NCBI GenBank assembly: GCA_002269645.1
Contig: NIVC01001474.1
Span: 165,807 to 229,806 of the forward strand
Source of the DNA: Macrostomum lignano
Lineage: Eukaryota
Length of the DNA: 64,000 nt
Direction of reading: 5' to 3'
Below the pieces are notes generated by a model. That model saw nothing but the letters and a program-made list of their open reading frames with translations, made no database searches and was not told the DNA's origin. A program made the position numbers and the translations under genes. Within the stretch, counting starts at the first letter, position 1; each line of letters begins with the position of its first letter. Positions 41,021 through 53,100 of this stretch are shown piece after piece.

Positions 41021-41412
41021 CGGGATCTCATTCATCTTAACTGTAATACTTCATGCCCCTTTGCGTCCGTTTCTTATGTCTCATGAGAAATAAAAAAATC
41101 GCATTATCCTATAAAACTTTTCTTAATTACTTTTCCTGCTAATTAATATCAAGCCCTTATAATAATAAATGCGATATTGATCTCAACAGCGAAAATCAAG
41201 AAAGCCGTCATCAATATTAAAGCGAGGAACATACATACCTGTACACTAGACTGTGTGCTTGCTATATAGGTGTATTTTGAAAAACATACAAATATACAAA
41301 TTACTTGACAATGACACCAACAAAAGCGTAGATGAGGTAAGCTTTACCTATTTTTGTTCACTGACTATTAAGTATAGAAATCTTCGATTGGTTTGAGTGC
41401 CTAGACAGCAAT

Positions 41413-43134
41413 CTAGGTGGGACAATAGGTTTTCACGGTAACCTTAGCAACAGGCGACGCCGTTAAAACCGGTGCTTCACCTGTCGAGACAGACACAGGT
41501 AAACCAACAGGTAAACTAGGATTAATATCCTCTTCTTCATCAACAATACTATCGGCATCTTCTAAATCGTCCATGTCAATTTCGTGATGGTCACCTGTGA
41601 GCAGCAGTGCTCCAGTCTGCTGCTCCTGCTGCCGCTGTTGCTCCTGCTGCGACAGCATGTGCTGCCTAATATGCCAGGTGCAAGAATACTTACAGGTGAA
41701 TGGCTTAGCGCAAATAGTGCACTTGTACCGAACGCCCAGGTGACTATTCATATGCCGTTTCACCTGGTAGGAGGTGAAAAATGATTTGCCGCAAATTTCG
41801 CAACGAAAAAATCGACCGCCAGTGTGCGTGTGAAAGTGTCGGGTCAGGTTGCCGATCCATTTGAACGGCTTGGAGCAGGCTGGGCACAGGTAATACCGGA
41901 TGCCGTTCACCTCCTGCTGTTGCACCTGCACCGGGCGAATGGGGATTGCTATTCCGACTGATTTAACTGGTTAATTTAACATTCTGCTTTAGGGACTGGG
42001 ATCTTGGGTTTATAGGGACTGGGATCTTGTGTTTATAGGGACTGGGATCTTGGGTTTATAGGGACTGGGATCTTGGGTTTATAGGGACTGGGATCTTGTG
42101 TTTATAGGGACTGGGATCTTGGGTTTATAGGGACTGGGATCTTGGGTTTATAGGGACTGGGATCTTGGGTTTATAGGGACTGGGATCTTGGGTTTATAGG
42201 GACTGGGATCTTGGGTTTATAGGGACTGGGATCTTGGGTTTATAGGGACTGGGATCTTGGGTTTATAGGGACTGGGATCTTGGGTTTATAGGGACTGGGA
42301 TCTTGGGTTTATAGGGATTGGGATCTTGGGTTTATAGGGACTGGGATCTTGGGTTTATAGGGACTGGGATCTTGGGTTTATAGGCACTGAGATCTCGGGT
42401 TTATAGGGGCTGGGATTTTGGGTTTATAGGGACTGGAATTATGGGTTTATAAGGACAGGGATTTTGTGTTTATAGGGTTTATATACCTGCTGCCTGCTCA
42501 GCTGTTTCCGCCTAGGCGCACAGATATGATGCTCCAACGAATACAGATTGCGAAAATGCTTGCCACACTTGGAGCACTGCAGCATCTTTGGCGGCACCTT
42601 AGTCGAGCTGAACTGATCCGATGACGCGGCGAGTTTCGGAGAGATTGGCGTAGGCAGCGGAGTCATTGTTGTACTACCTGACGAGACCCCTTCCGGACCG
42701 AGACTGTACCGGAGCAAGCGACTCTGCCTACCAGACGATGCTGACAAGCCTTGGCCAACTCTGCCGCTGTCAATGACTAGATGAGTGAATGACTGCGACG
42801 CTGCAGATGTGCCAGCCTGTAGCTGCCTGCCAGACCCAGGAGCCACGTCCATAATTGGATCGCAGCCCATATCGTCAATCCAGAAAGACTCGCCATAGAT
42901 GTCAGCGCCGCTGTTTGAGTCTTCTTGAGCACCGGCGCTAGACAATGATGACAATGTAGCAGTAGCAGTAGTCGATGGTTGAGAAGCTTCAGGAGCGGCA
43001 GCAGTAGCGGAACTGGATACTGACGGTTTCCGTACAATAGTAAACACTGGACGAGAGGAGCCGTCAGGATTGGCAGTTCGTCTAACCACTAGCATGTCGC
43101 TAGTGGGGACCGGCATCTGCTGTTGTTCAGTCAT
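41413..43134 (-). CDS. C2H2 zinc-finger protein, 2 exons, ~386 aa
   Basis: Exons 43134-42487 and 41925-41413 (phase 0). One atypical finger (CSKCGKHFRNLYSLEHHIC) and three C2H2 fingers (CPAC..HFHTH, CEIC..HMNSH, CTIC..HIRQH); low-complexity S/T/A N-terminus and acidic tail. Confidence 0.85.
41992..42480. repeat. 23-bp minisatellite (zinc-finger gene intron)
   Basis: Unit tatagggactgggatcttgggtt. Confidence 0.95.
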
Positions 43135-43274
43135 CGATTTTCTTAACTCTGCTGTTTACAGTAAGTAATAGATAAGGAGTATCCTTTAAAATTTTACAAA
43201 TTGACAAATTTTAAAGCGCATGTATAATATTCAGAGCTCTTCTAAATGGTAGGTGCACGTTGGAGTAGTGGGGG

Positions 43275-43955
43275 TTTACTAATTGAAACGAGTGTACATT
43301 GGGAGTTGACTAATTAGATATTGTACATTGGGAGAAGAGGGTTGACTAATTGGCGAGCGAGTGTACATTGGGGGAGGGGTTGACTAATTGGAGAGCGAGT
43401 GTATATTGGGGGAGGGGGTTGACTAATTGGCGAGCGAGTGTACATTGGGGGAGGGGGTTGACTAATTGGAGAGCGAGTGTACATTGGGGAGGGGGTTGAC
43501 TAATTGGAGAGCGAGTGTACAATGGGGGAGGGGGTTGACTAATTGGAGAGCAAATGTACATTGGGGGAAGGGGTTGACTAATTGGAGAGCAAATGTACAT
43601 TGGGGGAAGGGGTTGACTAATTGGAGAGCGAGTGTATATTGCGGGAGGGGGTTGACTAATTGGCGAGCGAGTGTACATTGGGGGAGGGGGTTGACTAATT
43701 GGAGAGCGAGTGTACATTGGGGAGGGGGTTGACTAATTGGAGAGCGAGTGTACAATGGGGGAGGGGGTTGACTAATTGGAGAGCAAATGTACATTGGGGG
43801 AAGGGGTTGACTAATTGGAGAGCAAATGTACATTGGGGGAAGGGGTTGACTAATTGGAGAGCAAATGTACATTGGGGGAAGGGGTTGACTAATTAGAGAG
43901 AAAATTTACATTGGCGGAAGGGGTTGACTAATTGGAGAGCAAGAGCAAGTGTACA
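43275..43955. repeat. 39-bp G-rich minisatellite
   Basis: Unit gactaattggagagcgagtgtacattgggggagggggtt. Confidence 0.93.
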
Positions 43956-44667
43956 TTAAGATACTTAAATAATAGTTCACGAACTTTAAGAAGCATAAAA
44001 ATGAATTCAACACGGAAAACAATGATTTGCCAGGCAAGATTTGCCTAATTTAACAAAAAAAACTATTTGAATACTAAAAGAATCCTTATATTATATATCC
44101 TGATACTAAACACCACGTAGGAGCTTAAATAAAGAAACTAAATAGTTATCAATAATTAGTCAAGATAAAAAATAATGCAAAACTACAAGTAAGAATACAA
44201 TCGATTTTTAAGCAATAAAATATCGCAAATAGTGCATGGCTTAGTAGAAAGTGCAGCAAAATAACTATTGCTGAACATATTATTAAAATACAATACTATG
44301 TTTACTGACAAAAGTCAGTCTAAAGTGTAAGATTAATGTTCTTTAGTTACATAGAAATACTATATGTAAGCTTTAAACAGACTCATTGTGTTGTAAGCTT
44401 AGCACGATCAAATGCATCGCGAAAGCATAACGATTAAAAAATGTTAAAGTAAATATTCTCACGAATGATTATAAAGTTTGTGAAAATGTCACTGCGAGTG
44501 ATATTTTGGGAAAAAATCAAATCATTCAAAGGTGAGTGCAGGAGGTCGGTCAGTAAATTGAGTTGACCATTTATTTCCTGACCTTTAGCATGTCTTGACC
44601 CTACTCCGAAATAAAGAATAACAATAGAATTTGTATAGCAGTTTATGAAATGCTACAAAATACATCA

Positions 44668-45776
44668 CTGAGCCAAAGCTACTAATCACTTAGCCAAAGC
44701 TACTAATCACTCAGCCAAAGCTACTTATCACTCAGCCAAAGCTATTTATCACTCAGCCCCAAAGCTACTAATCACTCAGCCCCAAAGCTACTAATCACTC
44801 AGCCAAAGCTACTTATCACTCAGCCCCAAAGCTACTAATCACTCAGCCAAAGCTACTCGATCACTCAGCCAAAGCTACTAATCACTCAGCCCCAAAGCTA
44901 CTAATCACTCAGCCAAAGCTACTTATCACTCAGCCAAAGCTACTAATCACTCAGCCCCAAAGCTACTTATCACTCAGCCAAAGCTACTCGATCACTCAGC
45001 CAAAGCTACTAATCACTCAGCCCCAAAGCTACTAATCACTCAGCCAAAGCTACTCGATCACTCAGCCAAAGCTACTAATCACTCAGATATAAGCTACAAA
45101 TAACTCAGCCAAAGCTACTAATCACTCAGCCATAAGCTACAAATAACTCAGCCATAAGCTACAAATAACTCAGCCAAAGCTACTAATCACTCAGCCATAA
45201 GCTACAAATAACTCAGCCAAAGCTACTAATCACTCAGCCATAAGCTACAAATAACTCAGCCAAAGCTACTAATCACTCAGCCATAAGCTACAAATAACTC
45301 AGCCAAAGCTACTAATCACTCAGCCAAAGCTACTAATCACTCAGCCATAAGCTACTAATCACTCAGCCAAAGCTACTCGATCACTCAGCCAAAGCTACTA
45401 ATCACTCAGCCCCAAAGCTACTAATCACTCAGCCAAAGCTACTTATCACTCAGCCAAAGCTACTCGATCACTCAGCCAAAGCTACTAATCACTCAGCCCC
45501 AAAGCTACTAATCACTCAGCCAAAGCTACTCGATCACTCAGCCAAAGCTACTAATCACTCAGATATAAGCTACAAATAACTCAGCCAAAGCTACAAATAA
45601 CTCAGCCAAAGCTACTCATTCCTCAGCCAAAGCTACAAATAAATAACTCAGCCAAAGCTACTAATCCCTCAGCCAAAGCTACTAATCACTCAGCCAAAGC
45701 TACTAATCACTCAGCCAAAGCTACTAATAATTCAGCCAAAGCTAATAATCACTCAGCCAAAGCTACTAATCACTCA
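44668..45776. repeat. 21-bp minisatellite starting at the PRELID3 stop codon
   Basis: Unit aatcactcagccaaagctact. Confidence 0.95.
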
Positions 45777-46343
45777 GGACGAAGCATCAGCAGTGGTATC
45801 TGCTATTCGATTAGCAATGACCCACTCAATAGCCCTGGGACCTTTGGCAGCCATTCTGTCGTACACAAAATCTTCTAAAATAGTTTCCACTAGGCCACCA
45901 ATAGGCCACCAAGGACAGCAGATTCTGGCAGACTGCTGCAGAACTGTCCTTCCTGTGGGATTGTCTGGATGAGGTTTATACTCCAAGCGTTCCTCAAGTG
46001 TAATACCTCTGCTAAATGTAATATTCTTACTGTGCAATAGGTAACTCCTAGCTCTAGGATCTACCATAGTGTGCTCGCTACCGTACCAGACGTCAACATC
46101 CAGATCAATCAAGGAGTTAAACTGTCTGTAAAATCCTAAATTAGTCAACCGGTGTACCACACCTGTAAACAGCAGGCCGAATAATCTGTGAGTTCGAAGA
46201 ATGCCGTCCTCACTGACTGACCGAGACACCACATCTTGGCTTAAAACGCCATTAAACATTGGATTAGGATATTTATTCATAGCCGCTTCAACCACAGTCT
46301 CCCAGCTGTGCTCGAACACGTGACTGCGCTCCCACACTCGCAT
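45774..46343 (-). CDS. PRELID3: PRELI/MSF1 domain lipid-transfer protein (slowmo/PRELID3), intronless, 189 aa
   Basis: MRVWERSHVFEHSWETVVEAAMNKYPNP, ERLEYKPHPDNP, AIEWVI. True ATG at 46343; the ORF track started at a TTG. Confidence 0.9.
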   Translation of the reverse strand: MRVWERSHVFEHSWETVVEAAMNKYPNPMFNGVLSQDVVSRSVSEDGILRTHRLFGLLFTGVVHRLTNLGFYRQFNSLIDLDVDVWYGSEHTMVDPRARSYLLHSKNITFSRGITLEERLEYKPHPDNPTGRTVLQQSARICCPWWPIGGLVETILEDFVYDRMAAKGPRAIEWVIANRIADTTADASS

Positions 46344-46367
46344 GGCTGCCAAATTAACATGAGATTT

Positions 46368-46380
46368 CTGAAAAGTAAGT
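46368..46380 (-). promoter_or_regulatory. Splice acceptor upstream of PRELID3 (putative trans-splice site)
   Basis: acttacttttcag|AAA TCT CAT GTT AAT TTG GCA GCC ATG; 24 nt to the ATG. Confidence 0.55.
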
Positions 46381-46904
46381 AATAAAGTAGGTTTTGTTTA
46401 TTTTTACCGTAGGATTAAAAAAATTATTTAACACCTAGCACCTATAAAATGTTGATCAAGCGCCCCAATACTTTACAGCGGCCCTTGCATTTTTTAATCG
46501 TCAGGGCATGTACCCTCTCAGTGCCTTGGGGTTGGCCCAAATGGGTGTGACTGTGAATTACACAACCCACCGGCAAATTTTCGTACAGAAACTTTTCGTA
46601 CCAGTTCGCAAACTACAGATTTTTTGTCAACTAATGCTTTAAACGCATATCTTAGCACTTTTACTTCTCATCTGAAGACAGAAAAAAATTAATAAAAAAA
46701 AACAAAACATAATCAGAAGTCATTAGAAACTAAACAATAACAGCTAGCAGATTTAATAGAACCTAACAGTTCATATTTTATTGAAAAGTGACTACACCAG
46801 AATGCAAGCGATCCTACAGTATCATTAGTTTGCGGCACAGTAAACTTAATTCGAAAAAAATCTAAAATCCTAGAATGGTAAAGTGTGTTTAGGATGGTGT
46901 TCAA

Positions 46905-47650
46905 GTTAAGGTTCAGGTGCAGTTTAGGTTAGAGTGTAGTTTAGGGTTTAGGTTACGGTTCAGATCAGGGTCTAGGTTAGGGTCCAGTTTAGGGTTTAGG
47001 TTACGGTTCAGATCAGGGTCTAGGTTACGGTTCAGATCAGGGTCTAGGTTAGGGTTCAGTTTAGGGTTTAGGTTACGGTTCAGATCAGGGTCTAGGTTAG
47101 GGTTCAGTTTAGGGTTTAGGTTACGGTTCAGATCAGGGTCTAGGTTAGGGTTCAGTTTAGGGTTTAGGTTACGGTTCAGATCAGGGTCCAGGTTAGGGTC
47201 CAGTTTAGGGTTTAGGTTACGGTTCAGATCAGGGTCTAGGTTAGGGTCCAGTTTAGGGTTTAGGTTACGGTTCAGATCAGGGTCTAGGTTAGGGTCCAGT
47301 TTAGGGTTTAGGTTACGGTTCAGATCAGGGTCTAGGTTAGGGTCCAGTTTAGGGTTTAGGTTACGGTTCAGATCAGGGTCTAGGTTACGGTTCAGATCAG
47401 GGTCTAGGTTAGGGTTCAGTTTAGGGTTTAGGTTACGGTTCAGATCAGGGTCTAGGTTAGGGTCCAGTTTAGGGTTTAGGTTACGGTTCAGATCAGGGTC
47501 CAGGTTAGGGTCCAGTTTAGGGTTTAGGTTACGGTTCAGATCAGGGTCCAGGTTAGGGTCCAGTTTAGGGTTTAGGTTACGGTTCAGATCAGGGTCTAGG
47601 TTAGGGTCCAGTTTAGGGTTTAGGTTAGGATTTAGGTCAGGGTTTAGGCT
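46905..47650 (+). repeat. Interstitial telomere-like 48-bp satellite built of TTAGGG-variant hexamers
   Basis: ttaggg tttagg ttacgg ttcaga tcaggg tctagg ttaggg tccagt. Confidence 0.9.
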
Positions 47651-47727
47651 AAAACTTGAAGGTAGAGATTAGGATCTGATTTTTCTATTGTCTATTTTCT
47701 TATTCCTTCATCAAACATATATAAGCC

Positions 47728-49406
47728 TCACATGGAAGTCACCCGCTCAATACCAATCAACCGACTCAACAAATCAATCCACTGAGCAGTTTTATTAACT
47801 AACATAATCTTGTTAGTCATCAGTTGGCTGCCCGGCTCTGACACATCAGCAGCAGGCAGCACTCGAACTCGGTGATAAAATCTGGCAAATTCTCGGCAGA
47901 GCTGCTCCAATCGGTGCACCAGCTGGTTTAAATCGCGATAGCAACAACAATCAGCAGAATTACTGAGCAGCAGATCAGTTTGGCACTGAGCCAATAAATC
48001 AACCAGGGTGTCCAGCTGACCCCAGGCCAACGCCCAGACTGAATTTTCATCAGTGGATCTGCTTGATGCAGCCAACTCGTCAAGTCCACCTGGCGCTGAT
48101 ACTCCAGCAGCTCGCTGCATCAGGGACTCAGCTCGGGCCCTGTTGTACAGGGCGAACAGCAGGGACCGCCGACGTTCCTGCGAGAACTTAGCCGTCTCCT
48201 GAGGCCGACACCAGAGCAACTCAGCGATCAAAACCGACTGTGCTAACCGACTTGACAGACTCACACCAGAATTGCTGTCCTCAATGCACCGATCTGAGAT
48301 TGATGAAGACACTTTGGCGATGTAGTCGGCGAGGCTGCAGTAGGAGGCTGGATCGACCTGGGAAGAGATTAAGAACAAGATGCCAATTTTGCTAAGACAT
48401 TGAAAAGTCGCAACTCTAAGCGCCAGTGAGCAATTTCTCTTGGACTATTCTGAAATAAAAGATCCGGGAAAACTGATCGGGGTTAGCTTTAATCCGTCCA
48501 AACCTCGCACACCGCTCCCCCCGCTTCATTCCTCAACTCAAGTCTGCCGCGGCGTTGCTAAGCTGCGTCACTCGCAAAGATTGAGAGACTTTACCTGCAC
48601 TCTCAAAAGCGGTGATCACAGACAGAATCTTCTGTGATGGCGACTTACACAAGTGAAATTTTCATTTTGTCCATAAATTATTGAATCAATCATTCACTGA
48701 CCTTCATATACTACTTACTATTGTACTATATTAGGTACTTTTAAGAAAAAATATCGCCAGCTCAAATCCTTACCGGACCAACTATCAAGTCGCGCGGGGC
48801 CCTCGAGTCATCTCTATGAGTAAAATTTAGCAAATCAGACGCAGAAGACACTACTAACGAAATGCGTCCGTCAGTAGTAAGCCAGTCACGATATCTCGAG
48901 TCAAACTCAACCAGACCGCGGTTCAAAGTAGCAGTGTTTGCACTACTGTTAGTAGTAGGCAAACCTTCCAAATTCAATAGTCGATGAGCCAAGCAGCCCC
49001 ATAGCAGGGCACGCAGAGACCGGAACTCGCAATCGGGATAATAGCGAACAAACAGCACTGGACTGACAGATGACTTTGCCGAATAATCTTGCCGCAATTG
49101 AGGCACTTTGGCATTCAAAATTCGATCAAGACACACCGCTCGATTCAATATCAAACGCAGAGCGATAATTGGTGCTGTTGACGAGTAGGTCGCGAGTTCG
49201 CGTCGGGCAATAATCAATTTCAATTGTGGATGATTGTCAATGCTAGCTATTAAATCTGTAGTTGATCTGTTAGAAGACTGTGATTTTAAAATTAGTAGAA
49301 GGTCACACGGTTCAGATCGATAGGTGAGCTGGTGGCACCGTTGAATGCTAGAGATTGCAGCAGTGCCCGTGCAGCTGAGAAGCAGGTGGAGACGAATGAC
49401 TGACAT
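47728..49406 (-). CDS. DALRD3: DALR anticodon-binding domain-containing protein 3, 2 exons, ~420 aa
   Basis: Exons 49406-48774 and 48357-47728 (phase 0, gtaagg...cccag). C-terminal DALR-like motifs FALYNRARAESL, LCREFARFYHRVRVL and terminal LIGIERVTSM. Confidence 0.75.
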
Positions 49407-50121
49407 CAGGGACTGGGATTGGCTGCGGGCATGAGGTTGACAGGTGAGTCATTTAGATTATTCAGACCCAAATAGCATTAGCAACTCCCTCACGGGGGAT
49501 TTCTCAAGTTACTAAAATGACCACTCACCAAACATCTACGATAAATGTGTGAACATATAGAACAATATAAAACATCCATCTAGTAGTACACAGCTCTGTT
49601 ACATTGTATCTACAATTGTCAACAGAATAGGATTGTAAATAACTAGATGGGCTACTCAGTTCTATATACTCAGTAAAACAGCTTTCTACTTTCAGTTCAG
49701 TAGCAAAGAAGAATACATAAGCTATTTTATAAAAATAGAGGCAGCTGAAATCACTTTGATAAGTTTAGAAGCCCAAGCTTGCAGGCGTAAAACAACTTGC
49801 TAATTGGTTCAGCAATAATGTACATTGGCCAGTCCACTGAAGTGTACATGGCAGCTTTGGGCTGGAATTCTGAGAAAGGCAATAAAATTTGGGGTGGGGG
49901 ATAGTGTGGAACGGCGCGGTTGGAGGGTTTAAGATCTGGGGGGGGGGGTAAGAGCCATAAGAGCTTTAAAAATACATCAAAATGCTTCGGTTTAAATTAC
50001 TACTGAACTGAAAGTAGCTTACATGCAAATGTCCATCTAGTTGCTCTAGTACGAGTATCAGTGGATTAGTGATGCATTTATAATGAACCAAAAAAAAACA
50101 AAACACTTCAACAGCAATTAC

Positions 50122-53100
50122 TCACCAAACTTGACAATCAACAAACAGGTCTTTGAGTTGTTCAGCTGGCGGCAACTTCTGTCCAATGAACACGATTCGT
50201 TGCAGCTGTTGCTGGGCGGAACAACCATCAGTATCGTTAGAAACTGGAGCCGGCCGCAATTCGAACAGCTCGTACACCCCCTGCACGGAGTAAAGAGCTG
50301 GGGACGAAGCTTCACAGCTTTCGTCTATGAGGCGGAGCAGGCCCTGGTTGAGTAGTTGAGTAGATTAATTAGTCTGCAAGAATCTAACTTATATCATGAC
50401 AAACTAATTGCAATTAACTGATTGCTGTGTACAGTGAGCCTGTAAGGTTTTTTGGAGACATCTTAACACGCACTGCAATTAAGAGAGTCAACCAAAAATA
50501 CAGCCTTAGACAGATGAGTCCACTGAATAGACAGGTGAGAGTCCACTGAATAGACAGATGAGTCCACTGAATAGACAGATGAGTCCACTGAATAGACAGG
50601 TGAGAGTCCACTGAATAGACAGGTGATAGTCCACTGAATAGACAGGTGAGATTCCACTGAATAGACAGGTGAGAGTCAAGTGAATAGACAGGTGAGAGTC
50701 AAGTGAATAGACAGGTGAGAGTCCACTGAATAGACAGGTGATAGTCCACTGAATAGACAGGTGAGAGTCCACTGAATAGACAGGTGAGAGTCAAGTGAAT
50801 AGACAGGTGAGAGTCCACTGAATAGACAGGTGAGAGTCAAGTGAATAGACAGGCGAGAGTCCACTGAATAGACAGGTGACAGTCAACTGAATAGACAGGT
50901 GAGATTCCACTGAATAGACAGGTGAGAGTCAAGTGAATAGACAGGTGAGAGTCCACTGAATAGACAGGTGAGAGTCAAGTGAATAGACAGGTGAGAGTCC
51001 ACTGAATAGACAGGTGAGATTCCACTGAATAGACAGGTGAGAGTCAAGTGAATAGACAGGTGAGAGTCAAGTGAATAGACAGGTGAGAGTCAACTGAATA
51101 GACAGGTGAGAGTCAACTGAATAGACAGGCGAGAGTCAACTGAATAGACAGGTGACAGTCAACTGAATAGACAGGTGAGATTCCACTGAATAGACAGGTG
51201 AGATTCCACTGAATAGACAGGTGAGAGTCCACTGAATAGACAGGTGAGAGTCAAGTGAATAGACAGGTGAGAGTCAACTGAATAGACAGGCGAGAGTCAA
51301 CTGAATAGACAGGTGACAGTCAACTGAATAGACAGGTGAGATTCCACTGAATAGACAGGTGAGAGTCCACTGAATAGACAGGTGAGAGTCAAGTGAATAG
51401 ACAGGTGAGAGTCAAGTGAATAGACAGGTGAGATTCCACTGAATAGACAGGTGAGAGTCAAGTGAATAGACAGGTGAGAGTCAACTGAATAGACAGGCGA
51501 GAGTCAACTGAATAGACAGGTGAGAGTCAAGTGAATAGACAGGTGAGATTCCACTGAATAGACAGGTGAGATTCCACTGAATAGACAGGTGAGAGTCCAC
51601 TGAATAGACAGGTGAGAGTCAAGTGAATAGACAGGTGAGAGTCCACTGAATAGACAGGTGAGAGTCAAGTGAATAGACAGGCCAGAGTCCACTGATTAGA
51701 CAGGTGACAGTCAACTGAATATACAGGTGAGATTCCACTGAATAGACAGGTGAGAGTCAAGTGAATAGACAGGTGAGAGTCAAGTGAATAGACAGGTGAG
51801 AGTCCACTGAATAGACAGGTGATAGTCCACTGAATAGACAGGTGAGAGTCCACTGAATAGACAGGTGAGAGTCAAGTGAATAGACAGGTGAGAGTCCACT
51901 GAATAGACAGGTGAGAGTCAAGTGAATAGACAGGTGAGAGTCCACTGAATAGACAGGTGAGATTCCACTGAATAGACAGGTGAGAGTCAAGTGAATAGAC
52001 AGGTGAGAGTCAAGTGAATAGACAGGTGAGAGTCAACTGAATAGACAGGTGAGAGTCAACTGAATAGACAGGCGAGAGTCAACTGAATAGACAGGTGACA
52101 GTCAACTGAATAGACAGGTGAGATTCCACTGAATAGACAGGTGAGAGTCCACTGAATAGACAGGTGAGAGTCAAGTGAATAGACAGGTGAGAGTCCACTG
52201 AATAGACAGGTGAGATTCCACTGAATAGACAGGTGAGAGTCCACTGAATAGACAGGTGAGAGTCAACTGAATAGACAGGTGAGAGTCAAGTGAATAGACA
52301 GGTGAGATTCCACTGAATAGACAGGTGAGAGTCAAGTGAATAGACAGGTGAGAGTCCACTGAATAGACAGGTGAGAGTCAACTGAATAGACAGGCGAGAG
52401 TCAACTGAATAGACAGGTGACAGTCAACTGAATAGACAGGTGAGATTCCACTGAATAGACAGGTGAGAGTCCACTGAATAGACAGGTGAGAGTCAAGTGA
52501 ATAGACAGGTGAGAGTCCACTGAATAGACAGGTGAGAGTCAACTGAATAGACAGGTGACAGTCAACTGAATAGACAGGTGAGAGTCAACTGAATAGACAG
52601 GTGACAGTCAACTGAATAGACAGGTGAGATTCCACTGAATAGACAGGTGAGAGTCCACTGAATAGACAGGTGAGAGTCAAGTGAATAGACAGGTGAGAGT
52701 CAAGTGAATAGACAGGTGAGAGTCAAGTGAATAGACAGGTGAGAGTCAAGTGAATAGACAGGTGAGAATCAAGTGAATAGACAGGTGAGAGTCAAGTGAA
52801 TAGACAGGTGAGAGTCCACTGAATAGACAGGTGAGAGTCAAGTGAATAGACAGGTGAGAGTCAAGTGAAAAGACAGGTGAGAGTCAAGTGAATAGACAGG
52901 TGAGAGTCCACTGAATAGACAGGTGAGAGTCAAGTGAATAGACAGGTGAGAGTCAAGTGAATAGACAGGTGAGAGTCAACTGAATAGACAGGTGAGAGTC
53001 AACTGAATAGACAGGCGAGAGTCAACTGAATAGACAGGTGAGAGTCAAGTGAATAGACAGGTGAGATTCCACTGAATAGACAGGTGAGATTCCACTGAAT

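Noticed and set aside
47720-47735. Donor-like AT|GTGAGG overlapping the DALRD3 stop
   Set aside because: Weaker context, and splicing to the PRELID3 acceptor would be out of frame; GTGA arises easily from ATG TGA.
50118-50315. 65-aa minus-strand ORF MKLRPQLF...
   Set aside because: Wrong frame of ZNG1 exon 4; the real frame is GLLRLIDE...DCQVW.
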